64,000 nucleotides of DNA from Nemertoderma westbladi (taxonomy: Eukaryota; Animalia; Xenacoelomorpha), in NCBI GenBank assembly GCA_032718475.1, contig JAUCBJ010002167.1:1-64000 (forward strand), read 5' to 3'. This document shows positions 37,057 to 50,469 of this stretch, piece after piece. The notes beneath the pieces were generated by a model. The model saw only the letters and a list, made by a program, of their open reading frames with translations. It had not been told where the DNA came from and ran no database searches. The translations under genes and the position numbers were made by a program. The first letter of the stretch is position 1. The number at the start of each line of letters is the position of its first letter.

Positions 37057-40000
37057 ATGATGGAGAGAACGCTAGATGAGACTCTCCAACTCTCCAATGA
37101 TGAGATAGAACAGCTATCTCGTGAGGAAATCCACGCGGCATTCGATGTTTTGTCCATGCAGTGGGATTCTAAACAATCAACAGCGCGAATGTGTAGTATG
37201 CTAAAAGTGGCAATACAAAAACACCACGATAACATTACAGCTATGTCTAAGGAAGATTCAAGAGGAGCCTACCGGCAACATCCAGTAGAACAGGATTCGG
37301 ATACGCTATCTATGATGCAGAGGATGTTTGCACACATGCTGCAACAACGTGAAGAAGACAGGAGGCACCAGGAGCAGGAAAGTCGAATCCGGGATGAAGA
37401 AATGAAGTCTCTTCTACAATCACTTCGACTTCCTTCTTCTTCAGGCACTGATGGAACTCCAAGAGGCGGGGATCCAATAAACCCTGTAAGAAATCCTCGA
37501 GATACAGTTAAAGCAACTGCTAAAATCCCAGACACCTTAATGGATACTGTGGACTACAAAACATTTAAACGTTGGGAACCATCCTGGGCCAATTATGAAA
37601 CTGTGGTTAAACTTCGCGAACGCACCAGAGAGGAACAATTAGCAATGTTCTGGTCTTATTGCTCTCCCGATCTTTTGGAACGAATTAAAACAATTATGAG
37701 AATCCCACAGGACACTGAGATGACTCTCAAAGAAGTTCTCATCCAAATCCGACTATACTTAAAGGGAAAATGCAATGTAGCAGTAGACCGTTTTCAACTG
37801 GTAAGGCGAACCCAAAAGGATCGAGAATTATTTGATGATTATTATTTAAAATTGCGCGAATTGGCTGACACCGCCGAATTAGCGTCAATGACTCAAGACG
37901 ATTGGCTCACTACACTTATAACCTGTGGCATAAATGACGATGAAGTACGCCAAGAGTTATTGAGTAAAAAGCCAGCTTTAACCCTAGACGAGACCTTAAC
38001 TCTCTGTCGGAACATGGAGACAGCAAAGCAGGATGATGAAAAACTCCGATCAGCATCTGGTGGAAAAACAATTAACATTAATAAATCAGGGCAAGAAAAA
38101 GAACATGACAAAAAATTTCGTGGTCGCAGCATGAGCAGGGGTCGGAAATGGGACAGATGGAAGGAACGGAAACAAAGTCACTCTATGGAAAGCACAAACA
38201 TTCAAGCCAAGAAACTTTGTTATTTCTGCGGTGGTAATTATCCCCACCAATATGGGAGACCTTGCCCAGCCTCAGGAAAAACTTGTCGTAAATGCAAGAA
38301 GAAGGGACACTTTGATCGAGCCTGCCTAACATCCACTAGGAATACAGGCGGAGGTGGCAATTCATCCAACAATAAATCAAGTTCAGCTGTTATAATAGCA
38401 CCAACTGATACCAGTAATAAACAGGTAAGCTCTAGAAAGAAACCAATAATTACAGTAAACGTTTATACATTGAATAATACATTCCTAGGCGAACAATGTA
38501 TTACAGCCGACACTGGTGCTCAGGCCACTGTATCTGGTATTTCAATGTTAACTAGTCTTGGCATCGATGAATCAAAGTTAAATAAATTTCATGAAACTGT
38601 TGAAGGTGTTAATGGATCCAAATTAGACGTGATTGGATGCTTTGACTTATTTATTATGTTGGGATCACAGAAACACAAAGAAACTTTTATTTTTTGTAGA
38701 AATATTCCAGATAAGGATGTTTATATTTCTCTTAGCGCATGTATTGGTTTGGGCTTAGTTTATGAAAACTTCCCAGTACAATTACCCAACATTGTACCTG
38801 CTGTACAAACTTCTACAGCATCACAGCCAGAATTGAATTGTAATAATGTCTCAGAACAAAATTTCATAAAAATTACAGAAACAGAATTATTGTCAAAATT
38901 CTCTGATGTATTTAAATCAAAAGGTGAGTTGCGAGTCATGGGAGGGCCCCCCATGACTATTGAATTACAAGAAAATGCAAAACCGTTTGCAGTTCATACT
39001 GCTAGAACAATACCATTCTCCTATCGTGAAGAGGCAAAGAAATCCATCGATAATATGCTGGAAGCAGGTATTATTGAGCGAATAGGAGACAGGCCAGTGG
39101 CCTGGTGTCATCCCATGGTCTGCGTACCTAAACCATGTGGAGGGATACGCATAACGGCAGATTTTACGAAATTAAATTGCCAAGTAAAACGCCCAGTACA
39201 TAATGCAAAATCACCATTTGATGTGGTATCAGAGATAGCGCCCAATTCTTTGTGGTTTACGAAAGTGGATGCGGCGCATGGGTATTGGCAACTGGCACTG
39301 GATGAAAATAGTCGTGATTATACAACATTTATAACACCCTGGGGGCGATTTAGATATTGCCGTGCCCCAATGGGCTACATTGCCACAGGGGATAGTTTTA
39401 ATCTAAGGGGAGATTTAGCATTCGATGGAATTGAGAATATCCATAAGATAGTAGACGACATTCTCATAGTCGATAAAGATCTTGATACCCATATTCGTCG
39501 TGTTGAAGAACTCTTAGAAAGATGCAGAGAGTTTGGTGTAACTCTCAATCAACGTAAGTTTAAATTAGCACTGCATCGTGTTAAATTCGCAGGTTTTATC
39601 ATATCAACTGATGGCATAGAGGTCGAACCCGATAAAGTAAAGGCCATCAAAGACTTTCCGGAACCCCGAAATATTAGTGAACTGAGATCATTTCTGGGAA
39701 TGGTCAATCAGCTGGGGAACTTCAATGATAAAATATCCGAGGTAACAATACCATTACGTGACTTGCTGAAAACACGTAATGAATACATCTGGCTAGAAAA
39801 TCACTCTATCGCATTTCAGGATGTGAAGAAAGTACTCACAAGTTCCCCAATTTTAGCCCATTTTGATGCGAGTAAAGAAACCCGTATAGAGACAGATGCT
39901 TCAAGACTATACGGTCTGGGGTTCGTTTTGCTTCAAAAACATAGTTCTCAATGGCGATTAGTGTTATGCGGAAGCAGATATTTGAGCGATGCAGAATCGC

Positions 40001-40500
40001 GATATTCGACGATTGAACTAGAGGCTTTAGCCATGAAATACGCAATTACTAAGTGTAACCTATATGTGGCAGGCTTATCCCATTTTGTAGTTGTCACCGA
40101 TCATCGCCCTCTATTGACTATATTCAATAATTATACAATTGGTCAAATCGAAAACGCACGCCTCCAACGAATTAAATCTGATTTACAATCACGATATCAA
40201 TTCTCCGTGGCATGGTGTAAAGGAAAAAATCACTCAATTGCCGATGCTCTCAGCCGGGCTCCAGTAGATAATCCTTCCAATGGCAATGACGAAGACACCC
40301 AACCTCCCCAAAATTCATTGACACATATTGCATTAATTAGTCTAACAGAAGAAAATTATTGCACAGATCCCCTAATTAAAGAATTACAGAAAGCGGCTGA
40401 ACAAGATGAAGATTATCAATCCCTAATACAAGCAATATCTACTGATTTCATTAATCTAAACAAAGCACCAATATGTTCAACAATTTCGATCGATGCATGA
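37057..40500 (+). CDS. pol: Gypsy Gag-Pol (double CCHC, protease, RT, RNase H)
   Basis: CYFCGG..H..CPA..CRKCKKKGHFDRAC; ADTGAQATV; VDAAHGYWQ; IVDDIL; ETDASRLYGLG; TDHRPL. Confidence 0.95.
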   Translation: MMERTLDETLQLSNDEIEQLSREEIHAAFDVLSMQWDSKQSTARMCSMLKVAIQKHHDNITAMSKEDSRGAYRQHPVEQDSDTLSMMQRMFAHMLQQREEDRRHQEQESRIRDEEMKSLLQSLRLPSSSGTDGTPRGGDPINPVRNPRDTVKATAKIPDTLMDTVDYKTFKRWEPSWANYETVVKLRERTREEQLAMFWSYCSPDLLERIKTIMRIPQDTEMTLKEVLIQIRLYLKGKCNVAVDRFQLVRRTQKDRELFDDYYLKLRELADTAELASMTQDDWLTTLITCGINDDEVRQELLSKKPALTLDETLTLCRNMETAKQDDEKLRSASGGKTININKSGQEKEHDKKFRGRSMSRGRKWDRWKERKQSHSMESTNIQAKKLCYFCGGNYPHQYGRPCPASGKTCRKCKKKGHFDRACLTSTRNTGGGGNSSNNKSSSAVIIAPTDTSNKQVSSRKKPIITVNVYTLNNTFLGEQCITADTGAQATVSGISMLTSLGIDESKLNKFHETVEGVNGSKLDVIGCFDLFIMLGSQKHKETFIFCRNIPDKDVYISLSACIGLGLVYENFPVQLPNIVPAVQTSTASQPELNCNNVSEQNFIKITETELLSKFSDVFKSKGELRVMGGPPMTIELQENAKPFAVHTARTIPFSYREEAKKSIDNMLEAGIIERIGDRPVAWCHPMVCVPKPCGGIRITADFTKLNCQVKRPVHNAKSPFDVVSEIAPNSLWFTKVDAAHGYWQLALDENSRDYTTFITPWGRFRYCRAPMGYIATGDSFNLRGDLAFDGIENIHKIVDDILIVDKDLDTHIRRVEELLERCREFGVTLNQRKFKLALHRVKFAGFIISTDGIEVEPDKVKAIKDFPEPRNISELRSFLGMVNQLGNFNDKISEVTIPLRDLLKTRNEYIWLENHSIAFQDVKKVLTSSPILAHFDASKETRIETDASRLYGLGFVLLQKHSSQWRLVLCGSRYLSDAESRYSTIELEALAMKYAITKCNLYVAGLSHFVVVTDHRPLLTIFNNYTIGQIENARLQRIKSDLQSRYQFSVAWCKGKNHSIADALSRAPVDNPSNGNDEDTQPPQNSLTHIALISLTEENYCTDPLIKELQKAAEQDEDYQSLIQAISTDFINLNKAPICSTISIDA

Positions 40501-41627
40501 TCAACTATACTTGGACAATGGGCTGGTATTATATGGCACACGCCTGGTAATCCCTAAATCTCATCAGAAAGAAATATTAAACAGGTTACATGCCTCACAC
40601 CAGGGCATTATACGCACAAAACAGAGGGCGCGTTCAGCAATATTCTGGCCAGGCATAAACAACGAGATTACGCAAATGATAAACTTGTGTCAACTATGTC
40701 AGGAACGTAGACAGAGTTTACCAAAAGAGACAATGTTATCCGATAATACAACAACTAGACCCTTTGAATCAGTATCTGCTGATTTGTTTCACTTAGGAGG
40801 GCGTCTATATCTCGTTTACTGTGATAGGTTCTCAGGATACCCTTGTGTTGCGGAATGGGCACATGATCCTAACGCATCGCAGGTAATTCAAGTTATAAGA
40901 AAATGGTTTGTAGATACTGGTGTTCCAGTAACTTTGAGAACAGATGGAGGCCCACAGTTTGCCTCCTCAAAATTCCGCGACTTTTTGAAACGTTGGGGCG
41001 TCAATTGGACTCCTAGTACACCACATTATCATCAAAGTAATGGGCATGCAGAAATATCAGTAAAGACAATAAAGAATATGCTTGCCAAGATGCCTACCAC
41101 CCATATTGATAGCGAAGAATTTGCAGAGGCATTACAAGAACTTAGAAATACTCCTAGGGCAGATGGAAAGTCCCCTAATCAAATATTATTCGGTTTTAAT
41201 CTACGCTCCCGAATACCTGTCCATCAGAGTACATTCTCAAAAAAAATGGCAGGACCTATCTGATGAAAATGAAGAAAAAGATACCGATACTGCAAATGAT
41301 TTGTATAATATATCATATTATAACGCCACAGCACATGACTTAAAACCATTCCGGGTTGGCGATAAAGTCCGGATTCAAGATCCATCAAACAAACGGTGGG
41401 TCAAGACAGGGGAAATCGTAGCAGTTGGGAAGAGGCGAGATTACATGGTAAAACTCACCTCTGGAAGGACATATTGGCGGAACCGAAGGTTTTTACGCCA
41501 CAACTATATACCAATCGATAACAATCGAACTGATGATCACTCGAACGAACCCAACAGTGAATCATTTATACGCAAACCCTATGAACTACGTAATAAAAAG
41601 AAGCATGTAACATTCAATATAGAATAA
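40493..41627 (+). CDS. Gypsy integrase (frameshifted from pol, second frameshift at ~41245)
   Basis: HASHQG..CQLC zinc finger; SADLF, TDGGPQF, SNGHAE DDE core; FRVGDKVRIQ..W..RNRRFLR C-terminus. Confidence 0.9.
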
Positions 41628-43258
41628 TTGTTATTATCATCTTACATGAGTTATACTTTCAGTTTTAAAGTTAAAGGAAAACATATGCAATAACCTATCA
41701 TATAACTGTATTATTTGAAATGGTGATGGGTTTGTCTTATATATATTTTGTAAACATTTGAAAAGGGGAGTTGTTGTATATGTATTAGGCCATGGATTTT
41801 ATCTGTCTGTATGTGTACCTTCTATCTATATATATACCGGTACCTAAGTTGAGAATATTATATATATCAGTCAGTCTGTCAGTCAGACTACTTATCTTGT
41901 TATGTATGAACTATGGTTCAACAACACAGCATTTATCAATAACAATTTGAGAGTTCCTTGAGCGGAATTAAAGGCAGCTTTATATGCCACAGCCATAGGA
42001 AAGAATATTACCAAACAGATCGACTATAAACAGGACAGAACCTTCTATTGGACAGATGCTGTACTGGTCCTAGAATATCTCACCAACCAAGGCTGTCAAT
42101 TTAGAGTCCTTGTTACAAACAGAGTTGCGATTATCCTCAGTTGTACAAATATAGAAAAATGGACACATTGCTCGGTAGTCATCAATCCAGCCGACATAGC
42201 TTCCAGAGGAGCCACACCAAAAGAATACACTGAAACACCTTGTTGGTTGAGTGATCCAGCTTTCCTGAACCAACCAGATGATAAAAGCCCCCCACATTAG
42301 ACCCCCTGTGAGATTATATAGGCCAAGGGAGCGGAGAAGGTTAAGACCAAAACTAGTACGGTCAAGGCTACGTTATTCAGACCAGCAGTAGATCTGTTGG
42401 TATTACATTTATCTGGCACTGTTGATACAGACGATAGATACAGACGAGATAATAAGGAGATCTTGTTAGACCACTCTCCCAAGACCCAAAGTAAAGAAGT
42501 TGCTAGTATGTCATCTAAGGATGTGAAATCCAGTATTCCAGACATTATCCAATGGGCAATGGCCAATTATAGCTCTTGGAATCATCTTTGCAAAGCCATC
42601 ACTTATCTAAAAAGGTATTTTCATAAGAGATATAGAAAGCTGAAAGACAAAGACACCCCCAAAAGAACTGAAGTAGCTAATGCAGTGAAGAACCTTTCCA
42701 CCTATCGACCATCGACACAGTTTATCCCAGACAGGACAACTCATCAGTTCATGGCGAAATTAGAACACACTATTATTTTCAAGGAACCTCGTAGAGCTTT
42801 GAAATTAATCTTGCGAAATTGTATCAATGTAGGAAAGCATTTGGTAGGCCTTTAATATAGCGAGAGGCAGAATTACCTACCTTTCACTAATACTGGTATG
42901 GACTTATTTGGCCAAATAGAAGTATAGAACCATGGTCAAGCAATGGTGCATAATATTTATATGTATGACCTGTAGAGTGATTTATTCGGATATGGTTAAT
43001 GACTTATCTATGAATAGTTTCCTACTTCGCTTGCACCAACAGATCGCTCGTTTTGGGACCAGCAACACTATGCGATCAGACAAGGGAACTAACTTCATTG
43101 GAGCCAATAATGGGATAACTGCTTACATGGAAAACTGGAACACAATCATTTACACATGACAGCTTCCAGCTGGATGTTCAATGCAGCAGACGCTCATTGA
43201 TGGGGAGGTAGAGACTCATATGCAGAGTAAAGACTGGGTTTCACTTTGTAGTGCCATG

Positions 43259-43599
43259 AGTAGTATATGACGATTCGTTATCCACTCAGAGTCACCCATA
43301 GCCCAGCATTACCATGTTTTCTACTCCTGCTGACTAATCAGAAACCACCATTTCAACCATTACCAGTGGTTGTTATTATTTCAACCAGTCAGAAGTCAGC
43401 ATTTCAACCGCAACCATGGTGAATTCTCAAGTTCCCGCATATTCCGCTAGAGGCATTATTAGTCACCCAGTAAACTCCCTCTCTACTCCTTCCAACCAAT
43501 CGCCAGCCTTTATTTTACAGGCGCTCAGGTGTCTACAGGTAACTTCTACTATTTTTCAAATCGCTATTTTTCACCAACCAGTATTTTCAAATCTTTTAT
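43259..43599 (+). repeat. Left TIR
   Basis: Reverse complement of ~61735-62074; fused directly to a 5'-truncated BEL gag at ~43600. Confidence 0.9.
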
Positions 43600-46500
43600 C
43601 GAGTCGACGCGCGACGACAACGGTGGTTGGAGTACCGAATTCGCCAGCCAGCCACAGGCCGAGGGCAACGGACAGCCCACCGGAACGGCGACGGTGGGGC
43701 TGCCGGTACGACGCCGGACGAGGAAAGGAGGCGGAGTCGGCGAAGATGACGTCGGGACGAGTGATCGGCTACGACGGGCGTACAACGCCACCAAGAAACT
43801 ACTTAAGGAGGCCAAGGAGGGGAGAAAGGTAGACCAGCCTAAACTATACCAGAGGCTAGGTGAGTCGAATAAACACTTTCGCTATTTAGTCCGTTTTGGA
43901 CAGGGAGAACTGGTGAGTGAGAGAGCGAGGGGGGTCGCCACAGAACTGTTTGAGTTGTGGCAGTCCGGGGTAATGGAGCCTGAAGTAGTGTACGTAGGGC
44001 CTTACTTAGTGGATAATAGGGGAATTAAGTTAGTGGGTTGGGCGGACCCACACGATGGCGAACCCGAGGTTAACCACGAGGATTCGGTGTCGTCGGTTAG
44101 CGAGAACCCCAGAAAGTGGGGGGAAGTTAGTAGGACAGAGAGGTGACAGGAGTCCGTCGCGACTGATAAGTCTGCTACATCCTCCGCAAAAGCAAGAAGG
44201 GTGCTAGAGATAGATCTGGCGTGTGGCGCTAGATCAGCAGGAGTTGGAGAGGCAACTGGACGAGGCAACCGCGTTATTAGAGAAAGAGAGAGAGTTAGCA
44301 AGGGAATGTAGAGAGAGAGAGCCGAGAGGGTGGCGAGAAACTACAGGGAGCGGGAAGAAAGAGATGAGTGAGCGTAAAGAGGGCAAGGAGTGGGAGGCGA
44401 AAGTAGAGAAAGCGCACGAGGAGCGGGAGGCAAAAGTAGAGAACGAGCGCAAAGAGCGAGAGGCGAAAGTAGAGAACGAGCGCAAAGAGCGAGAAGCGAG
44501 AGAGGAAGCGAGGCTAGAGAGAGAAACGAACGAGCGTAGAGAGCGGGAGGCGAGGGAGGCAGAATTGGTCAACCAAAGTTTGAGAGAGGACAGAATAATC
44601 CGAATAATAATTCTAATTTAAATGTACAAAATAATCCAAATAATAACCCTAATTCTGAACAAAATAATTTAAATAATTTAGGTAACAATATTACGTTAGA
44701 TAATAACCCAGAGGAAATTAACCAAAATAATATTATTAATAACGGTGCAATTAATACGAACATAGGGGAGACAGGTGGTCCGGCCAGCAAGAGCCTGCAA
44801 GGCCACGTAGTTATGCAGGGAGTAGCAGGGGTGAGTCAACCCAACAAGAGCCTGCAAGGCCACGCAGTCGCACAGGGAGTAGCGGGGGTGAGTCAACCCA
44901 ATGGGAGCTTGCAAGGCCACGCAGTCGCACAGGGAGTAGCGGGGGTGAGTCAACCCAATGAGAGCCTGCAAGACCACGTAGTCGCACAGAGAGTAGCGGG
45001 GGTGAGTCAACCCTACGGGAGCCTGCAAGGCCACGCAGTCGCACAGGGAGAGACAGGGGTGAATAGAACCAGCCAGGGTAGAGAGAGTGCGTCGACTAGA
45101 GAGGGGCGTAGTAGCGAAGTAAGAGGTGGTGAATGGGGGGGGGGGGGGCTATGGAGGGCGAGAGGGGGGCCAGAGAATGCCCCACAAGTGTCGGCGGACA
45201 ATGCGTGCGGCGACTTAGGTGAACCATGGCACCCGACGACAGAGAATGGTAAGGGATTGTGAGTATCCCCAGAAGCGTCCAACCGGGTAGAGAGATAGAG
45301 GTTGGCGCCGTGAGCAGGCAAGCGACAAGACGTCGAGCCCAGTTGGAAGACGGAAGAAGAACAGTGGAGTTTATCCGGGAGGTCGAAGCGAGATCTCACG
45401 AGGGGAATCGCTATACTGAAGAGAGATGAAGTGAAGAGAATAGAAGAAGCGTTGCTACGAGCAGTCGAAGAGGAAGGACGGATAGTGAACCATCGGTAGT
45501 AGAGATGGAGAGTCAGTGGGGTCGAACTCCGGGAGATTGCCATCGCCCCGGAGAGACGCAGCCTGGTGAGATATATCACACACCGGGTGAAGGGTACAGG
45601 ATGTACCGGTGCGAGGACGAGGACAGGAGAGGGGATCGAAGAGAAACTTCCCGACAGGACATAGCTGCCAATCGAGAGTATGGTGGTCACGGGGAGGACT
45701 TCTTGGAATATTCGAGAAGATTAAACTTCGATCCGGAAGGACACAGGCAGACTGCAGGACATACTGTAGGCCTTACTGCACATACTATAGGCCATGTTGG
45801 AAGAGATCGTGTAGGCGATACGGCAGCGCGGACAACGGGATTAGATCCGGAAGTCGCGGCATACATACCAGTATGTAGGCAAGAGGTAGATAGGCCTATA
45901 CCGCTACCTGCACACCAGTATGACTATAATATGCAAGGATATAACATATACCCAGGGGATGGGGGAGCTATGCAGCTATGGGGGCTAGCAGGGTGACATT
46001 CCCCCATTACAATATCGCAATATACTCAACCAAGAACAAAAACCCCAAAACCCTCGGACCAAAATAGATCGTGTGACACAGAGATATGGAGGGGACCATT
46101 ACCCCCAATGATATATCCAATGCAAAAGAAGTCGACAGGCCCGACGGGCGAACTGCACCCGGTAGCAGGGGAATCTGTACAGCATCCATCGAGCCCACTA
46201 GAAGTACAAGCGATGGGAATGTCAACACTCATCGACGTGCTCAAGACCAGGATTGAGCTGCCGCCAGTGGAGCCGTTCAAATTCGATGGAAGCAGACTGG
46301 AAGAATATCTACAATTCCGATGTATGTACAGTAATTAAATATTGACAAAGAACCTGACGCAGGCGGAGTGCCTAAAATACTTACAAGTTTATACAGGGGG
46401 GCCAGCATATGACATCGTAAGGCAGTACCAAGGTATCGAAGGTGGATTCACGACTGCATGGCGGGCCCTAGACAGGGAATACGGACATCCTGCTAAGATC

Positions 46501-49500
46501 ATCCAACAAACCTTAAGGGGAATTACATCAGGAAGACTACACCAGTCAGCATCAAGACTTTCGCTAATAAAGTCGAGAAGGCGCTGATTGTGCTGAAGAC
46601 CTTGGATGCGCCTTACGAACTCAATGCATCGAATAACATCACCACAATAGCGCAGGCACTGCCGATCTGGCTAAGAAACAAGTGGAGGAAGATCGCCTTC
46701 TCCACCCGGGAGAAGAAAGGTATGGAACCATGCCTAGAGGAAATGTCGAACTTCCTCAATTACGAGGCGGAACTAATCATGGACCCAGTCTATAGCGAGG
46801 ATAGTCTGGGGAGGGCGCCGAGGGCCAAATACAACAGGCCGAAACCAGAGCATAGTGCGGCAAATGCATTACCAAAGTTAAGACAATCGCTACCATACGC
46901 GACGACGCAGGAGACTGCAAGTCCACAGATAGCCGGGGGTAGGGCCACACCGTGGCATGAACAGGGACAAAATAATAACACGAACAAATATAACCCTAAC
47001 ACGCCCAGTAGGCCAAACCCAAATAATAAGAACGCCAGACAGCTAAGTATGAATATACGTGCGATACGCAATACGCTGTATAGAGAAGGCTATAATCCGA
47101 GAAACAAATGCCAATTACACTCGAACGCACTCCATCAGACCATGAACTGCAAGTATTGGCAGGCGTTACCCAAACAAGATCAGGTTGAATATGCGAACAG
47201 AAGTGGAATCTGTCATTGATGTGTGGTAGGCGGACACAATGTTGAACAGTGTAAGGAGACGCCAATAAAATTCGGTCAAGGCAAAGGTCAAACGATGGTG
47301 ACAAGTACCATAGGAGCGAAGAAAAGGGGAACGGTACTACTCGGGGTGGTATCGGTAAGGGTGATGGGAGAAGGCAGCCGATCAGTCACGACATTGATGC
47401 TGGTCGACAGCGGAGCAGCCTTTATGCTGGTGGAGAATTGGGTGGCCAAGGAGATAGGGTTACAGACGAGGCCGAGTAGGATGGCAGTAACTACTATCTC
47501 GAGCAAGGATGAGGTCCTGGAGATGAAAACGGGATGGTGCGAGATATCAGCAATAGCACCAGGATGTGATTATGGGGCGTCCATCGACCCCATTCAAATA
47601 ATAGATGTAAATATAGAATAATCAATGTAAACGCCAGGCGACCCACCAGGATCGAGGTCGAACAATACCGGTTCCTGGACGATATTGATTTCTCAATACT
47701 GGAAGTGGACGTCTCGAAGGTATCCATCATAGTCAGAATAGATTTTCCGACGGCCCACGAGAGAGTATGGACCATATTCGGAGAGAACAGGCAATCCGAT
47801 GGCGATTCTCACGCCGTTCGGATGGATGCTTAGCGGCCCAATTAAAACCAAAATTCCATTCAGGGTGTCGGAGACATCAGGGTGCATGTTTGCAGGGACA
47901 ATGAGGGAGATGGAGGATGAAGGAGCAGATGAACAGCTTAATAGGCTGTTGAAGCAGGATTTCGAGGGATTAAAGGAGGCCGGGGTTGGAACCTCAGTAG
48001 AAGATAAACAAGCTATAGAGAGCGTAAAGGAGTCGATGAAGCGCAAAGGGGGACGGTACACCATAGGAATGGTGTGGAAACAACCAAAGGTACTGTTACC
48101 AAATAATAAAGGGATAGTACTCACGAGGCACCGCAAACTGAAACAGACGCTCAGACGGAGCCCCGAGAAGGACGAGTACATCCACAAAACAGCCGTGGAG
48201 TTACCGGTCGACGAGCCAAACAAGGACAGGACCTACTATCTGCCACTGCACGTGGCTTTAGATCCAAAGAAGGGTAAACTGCGGATGGTGGTCGACGCAT
48301 TGGCCAAAACGAATGGCAAAAGCCTGAACGACTATCTGCTAGAGGGCCCAAACATCTACAACTCAGGGATAGAGGTCCAGTTGAGATTCAGAAATGGGAG
48401 GCACGCCTTCACGTGCGACATTGAAGGCATGTTCAACCAGGTCTGTGTGACGGAAGAAGACAGCGATAGTCAGCGCTTCCTATGGTACAACGGCGACTAA
48501 GAACCATCTGAGTTACCGATGTACAAAATGGTGGTGCAGAACATGGGGGCCAAGTCGTCCTCATTTACAACGACTATGGCTGTGAGAGATACGGTAGAGG
48601 GCAAGGAAGGAGAGTATAGTGCGAAGGCGATCGATATGATTCGACATGGTTTCTATGTAGATGACGGGATGGGATCTGGAAACATGGTTGAAGAAATACT
48701 GGAGATAGGGCACGAGGTTTGCGACATCCTAAAAGCATCCGGGTTCAACCTTACTAAGTTCCAGTCCCGCTCCGAGGAATTCATGAAGGCCATAGAGGAC
48801 AAACGACCAGTAGTGTTAGGGTGGTTACATAATGAGAAGATGAGATACCCTATATTCGTCGCGAACAGGATAGACGAGATAAGAGCGACGACTGACCTAG
48901 AAAGGTGGGATTACTGCCCTACCGACGACAATCCAGCAGATCTGTTATCAAGGGGAAGAGATATACAGCCAGTTGGTAAGGGAGATCAAGGAAGTGCCAC
49001 CAAAATCAGAATACCATGCGATAATCCGACGGATAGGTTGCTTAGTTACAGCTCCAGCTGGTACAAGACTAATAAGTTGGTAGCATATTGGAGGGCCTAC
49101 GGGGATTTCCTCATGGGAGTTGGCAAGGATACCAAAAGGACGCCAACCATCGATCTGGAAGGAGCGGCTAAAGCCGTAATACGATATGAGCAAAGAAAGG
49201 GGTACACCGACGAAGTGGACAGAGTCAGCAAACAACAACACCTTCATCGAGACAGCGAACTCAACACGTTGTCCCCGCAGCTGAACGATGATGGGAATCT
49301 GGTAATGAATTCCAGGGTGGTGAACAACAAAAACCCAAAATAATCCCCAACAAATCACCAATAGTCCACCAGATCATATGGGACTCACATAAATCGATAC
49401 TACATGGAGGCATAAATCAAACCCTCACGGAGATACGAAGGATGTTCTGGATCACCCAACTTAGGAAGAAGGTGAAAGCGGTAGTGGGGCAGTGCCAGAC

Positions 49501-50307
49501 CTGACGACGGACGAGAAAGGAGAGGGCCGTACAGGAGATGGCGCCATTACCGGCCAACAGAGTGAGACATCACAACCTGCCATTCACACACTGCGGCGTG
49601 GACATGTTCGGGCCGATTAAGATAAAGGTGATGCGACACACAGAGAAACGCTACGGCATTATATTCGTCTGCAACAACACAAGAGCGGTGGGAATAGAAC
49701 TTTCACAGGATGCTACGGCATCGGCATTTATTAATGCCTTGGAGAGGTTTGTTTCCCGCAGAGGGGGAACGCTGAGGGTGATATATTCAGATAACGGGAC
49801 CAACTTCGTGGGAGCAGAGAACGAGTTGGCCGAGGCCTTTGACATCCTAGAGGGAGACGATGTCAGGACGGCTGTGAGAAAGCATCGAGTGAAGTGGGAA
49901 AGGAGAATGCCGTACGCGCCACACACACTAGGGTGTGTAGAGAGGCTTGTCGGAAGTTCCAAGCGCTTGAAGACCAAGCTGATGAACAACCACATGGTCA
50001 CCGAGGAGGTCACCGAGGTGCGGAGTATTGGAGAAGATGGATAGAAGAGTACCTTCCGACCTTACATAGGAGAAGTAAGTGGAGAAATACCAATAGAGAG
50101 TTGAAGAAGGGTGACTTGGTAATCGTCACTGACGACACAATTATCAATAACCAATGGAGACTAGCGAGAGTGGTAGATACTTACCCCGACGAGGATGGAA
50201 GAGTCCGGTCGGTGGAAGTGAGGATAGGAGGGAAGATAGGGGCCAAAGATAGGAAGACCTACAGGAGGGCTGTGGGAAAGTGTTGCCTATTGGAAGGGTT
50301 ACCTTAG
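43600..50307 (+). pseudogene. BEL/Pao gag-pol copy A (degenerate, 5'-truncated, RNase H partly deleted)
   Basis: LPPVEPFKFDG..EYLQF gag; LVDSGA protease; TPFGWML; YYLPLH..KLRMVVDA..SLNDYLLEGPN; FYVDD; IFVANRI; VDMFGP, SDNGTNFVGA; RRSKW..GDLVIV..WRLARV..PDEDGRVRSV. Confidence 0.92.
44791..45060 (+). repeat. 57-bp coding tandem repeat (~4.6 copies) in gag of copy A
   Basis: GAGC(C/T)TGCAAG recurs at 44791, 44848, 44905, 44962, 45019; SLQGHAVAQGVAGVSQPNx. Confidence 0.9.
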
Positions 50308-50469
50308 AGTTTAGTCGTCCAATATGTTGGACTGAGGGTGGTGGGAATGAGGGTGAGACGCCCTTCCCATACATAAAAAATACAAAAAATAAATAATAAG
50401 CAAATAATAAAATAAGAAGCAAGATAGTAGAAAGTTAGAAAGTAATAGAAGTAGATAGTACGTAGCACT

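Larger units (their letters stand above)
36588..41931 (+). mobile_element. Ty3/gypsy LTR retrotransposon, Mag-like
   Basis: Identical 160-bp LTRs (36588-36747, 41772-41931); TSD TTTAT (36583-36587, 41932-41936); PBS TGGCGCAGTC at 36748 (tRNA-Ser-like); PPT AAAAGGGGAG at 41761-41770. Confidence 0.96.
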
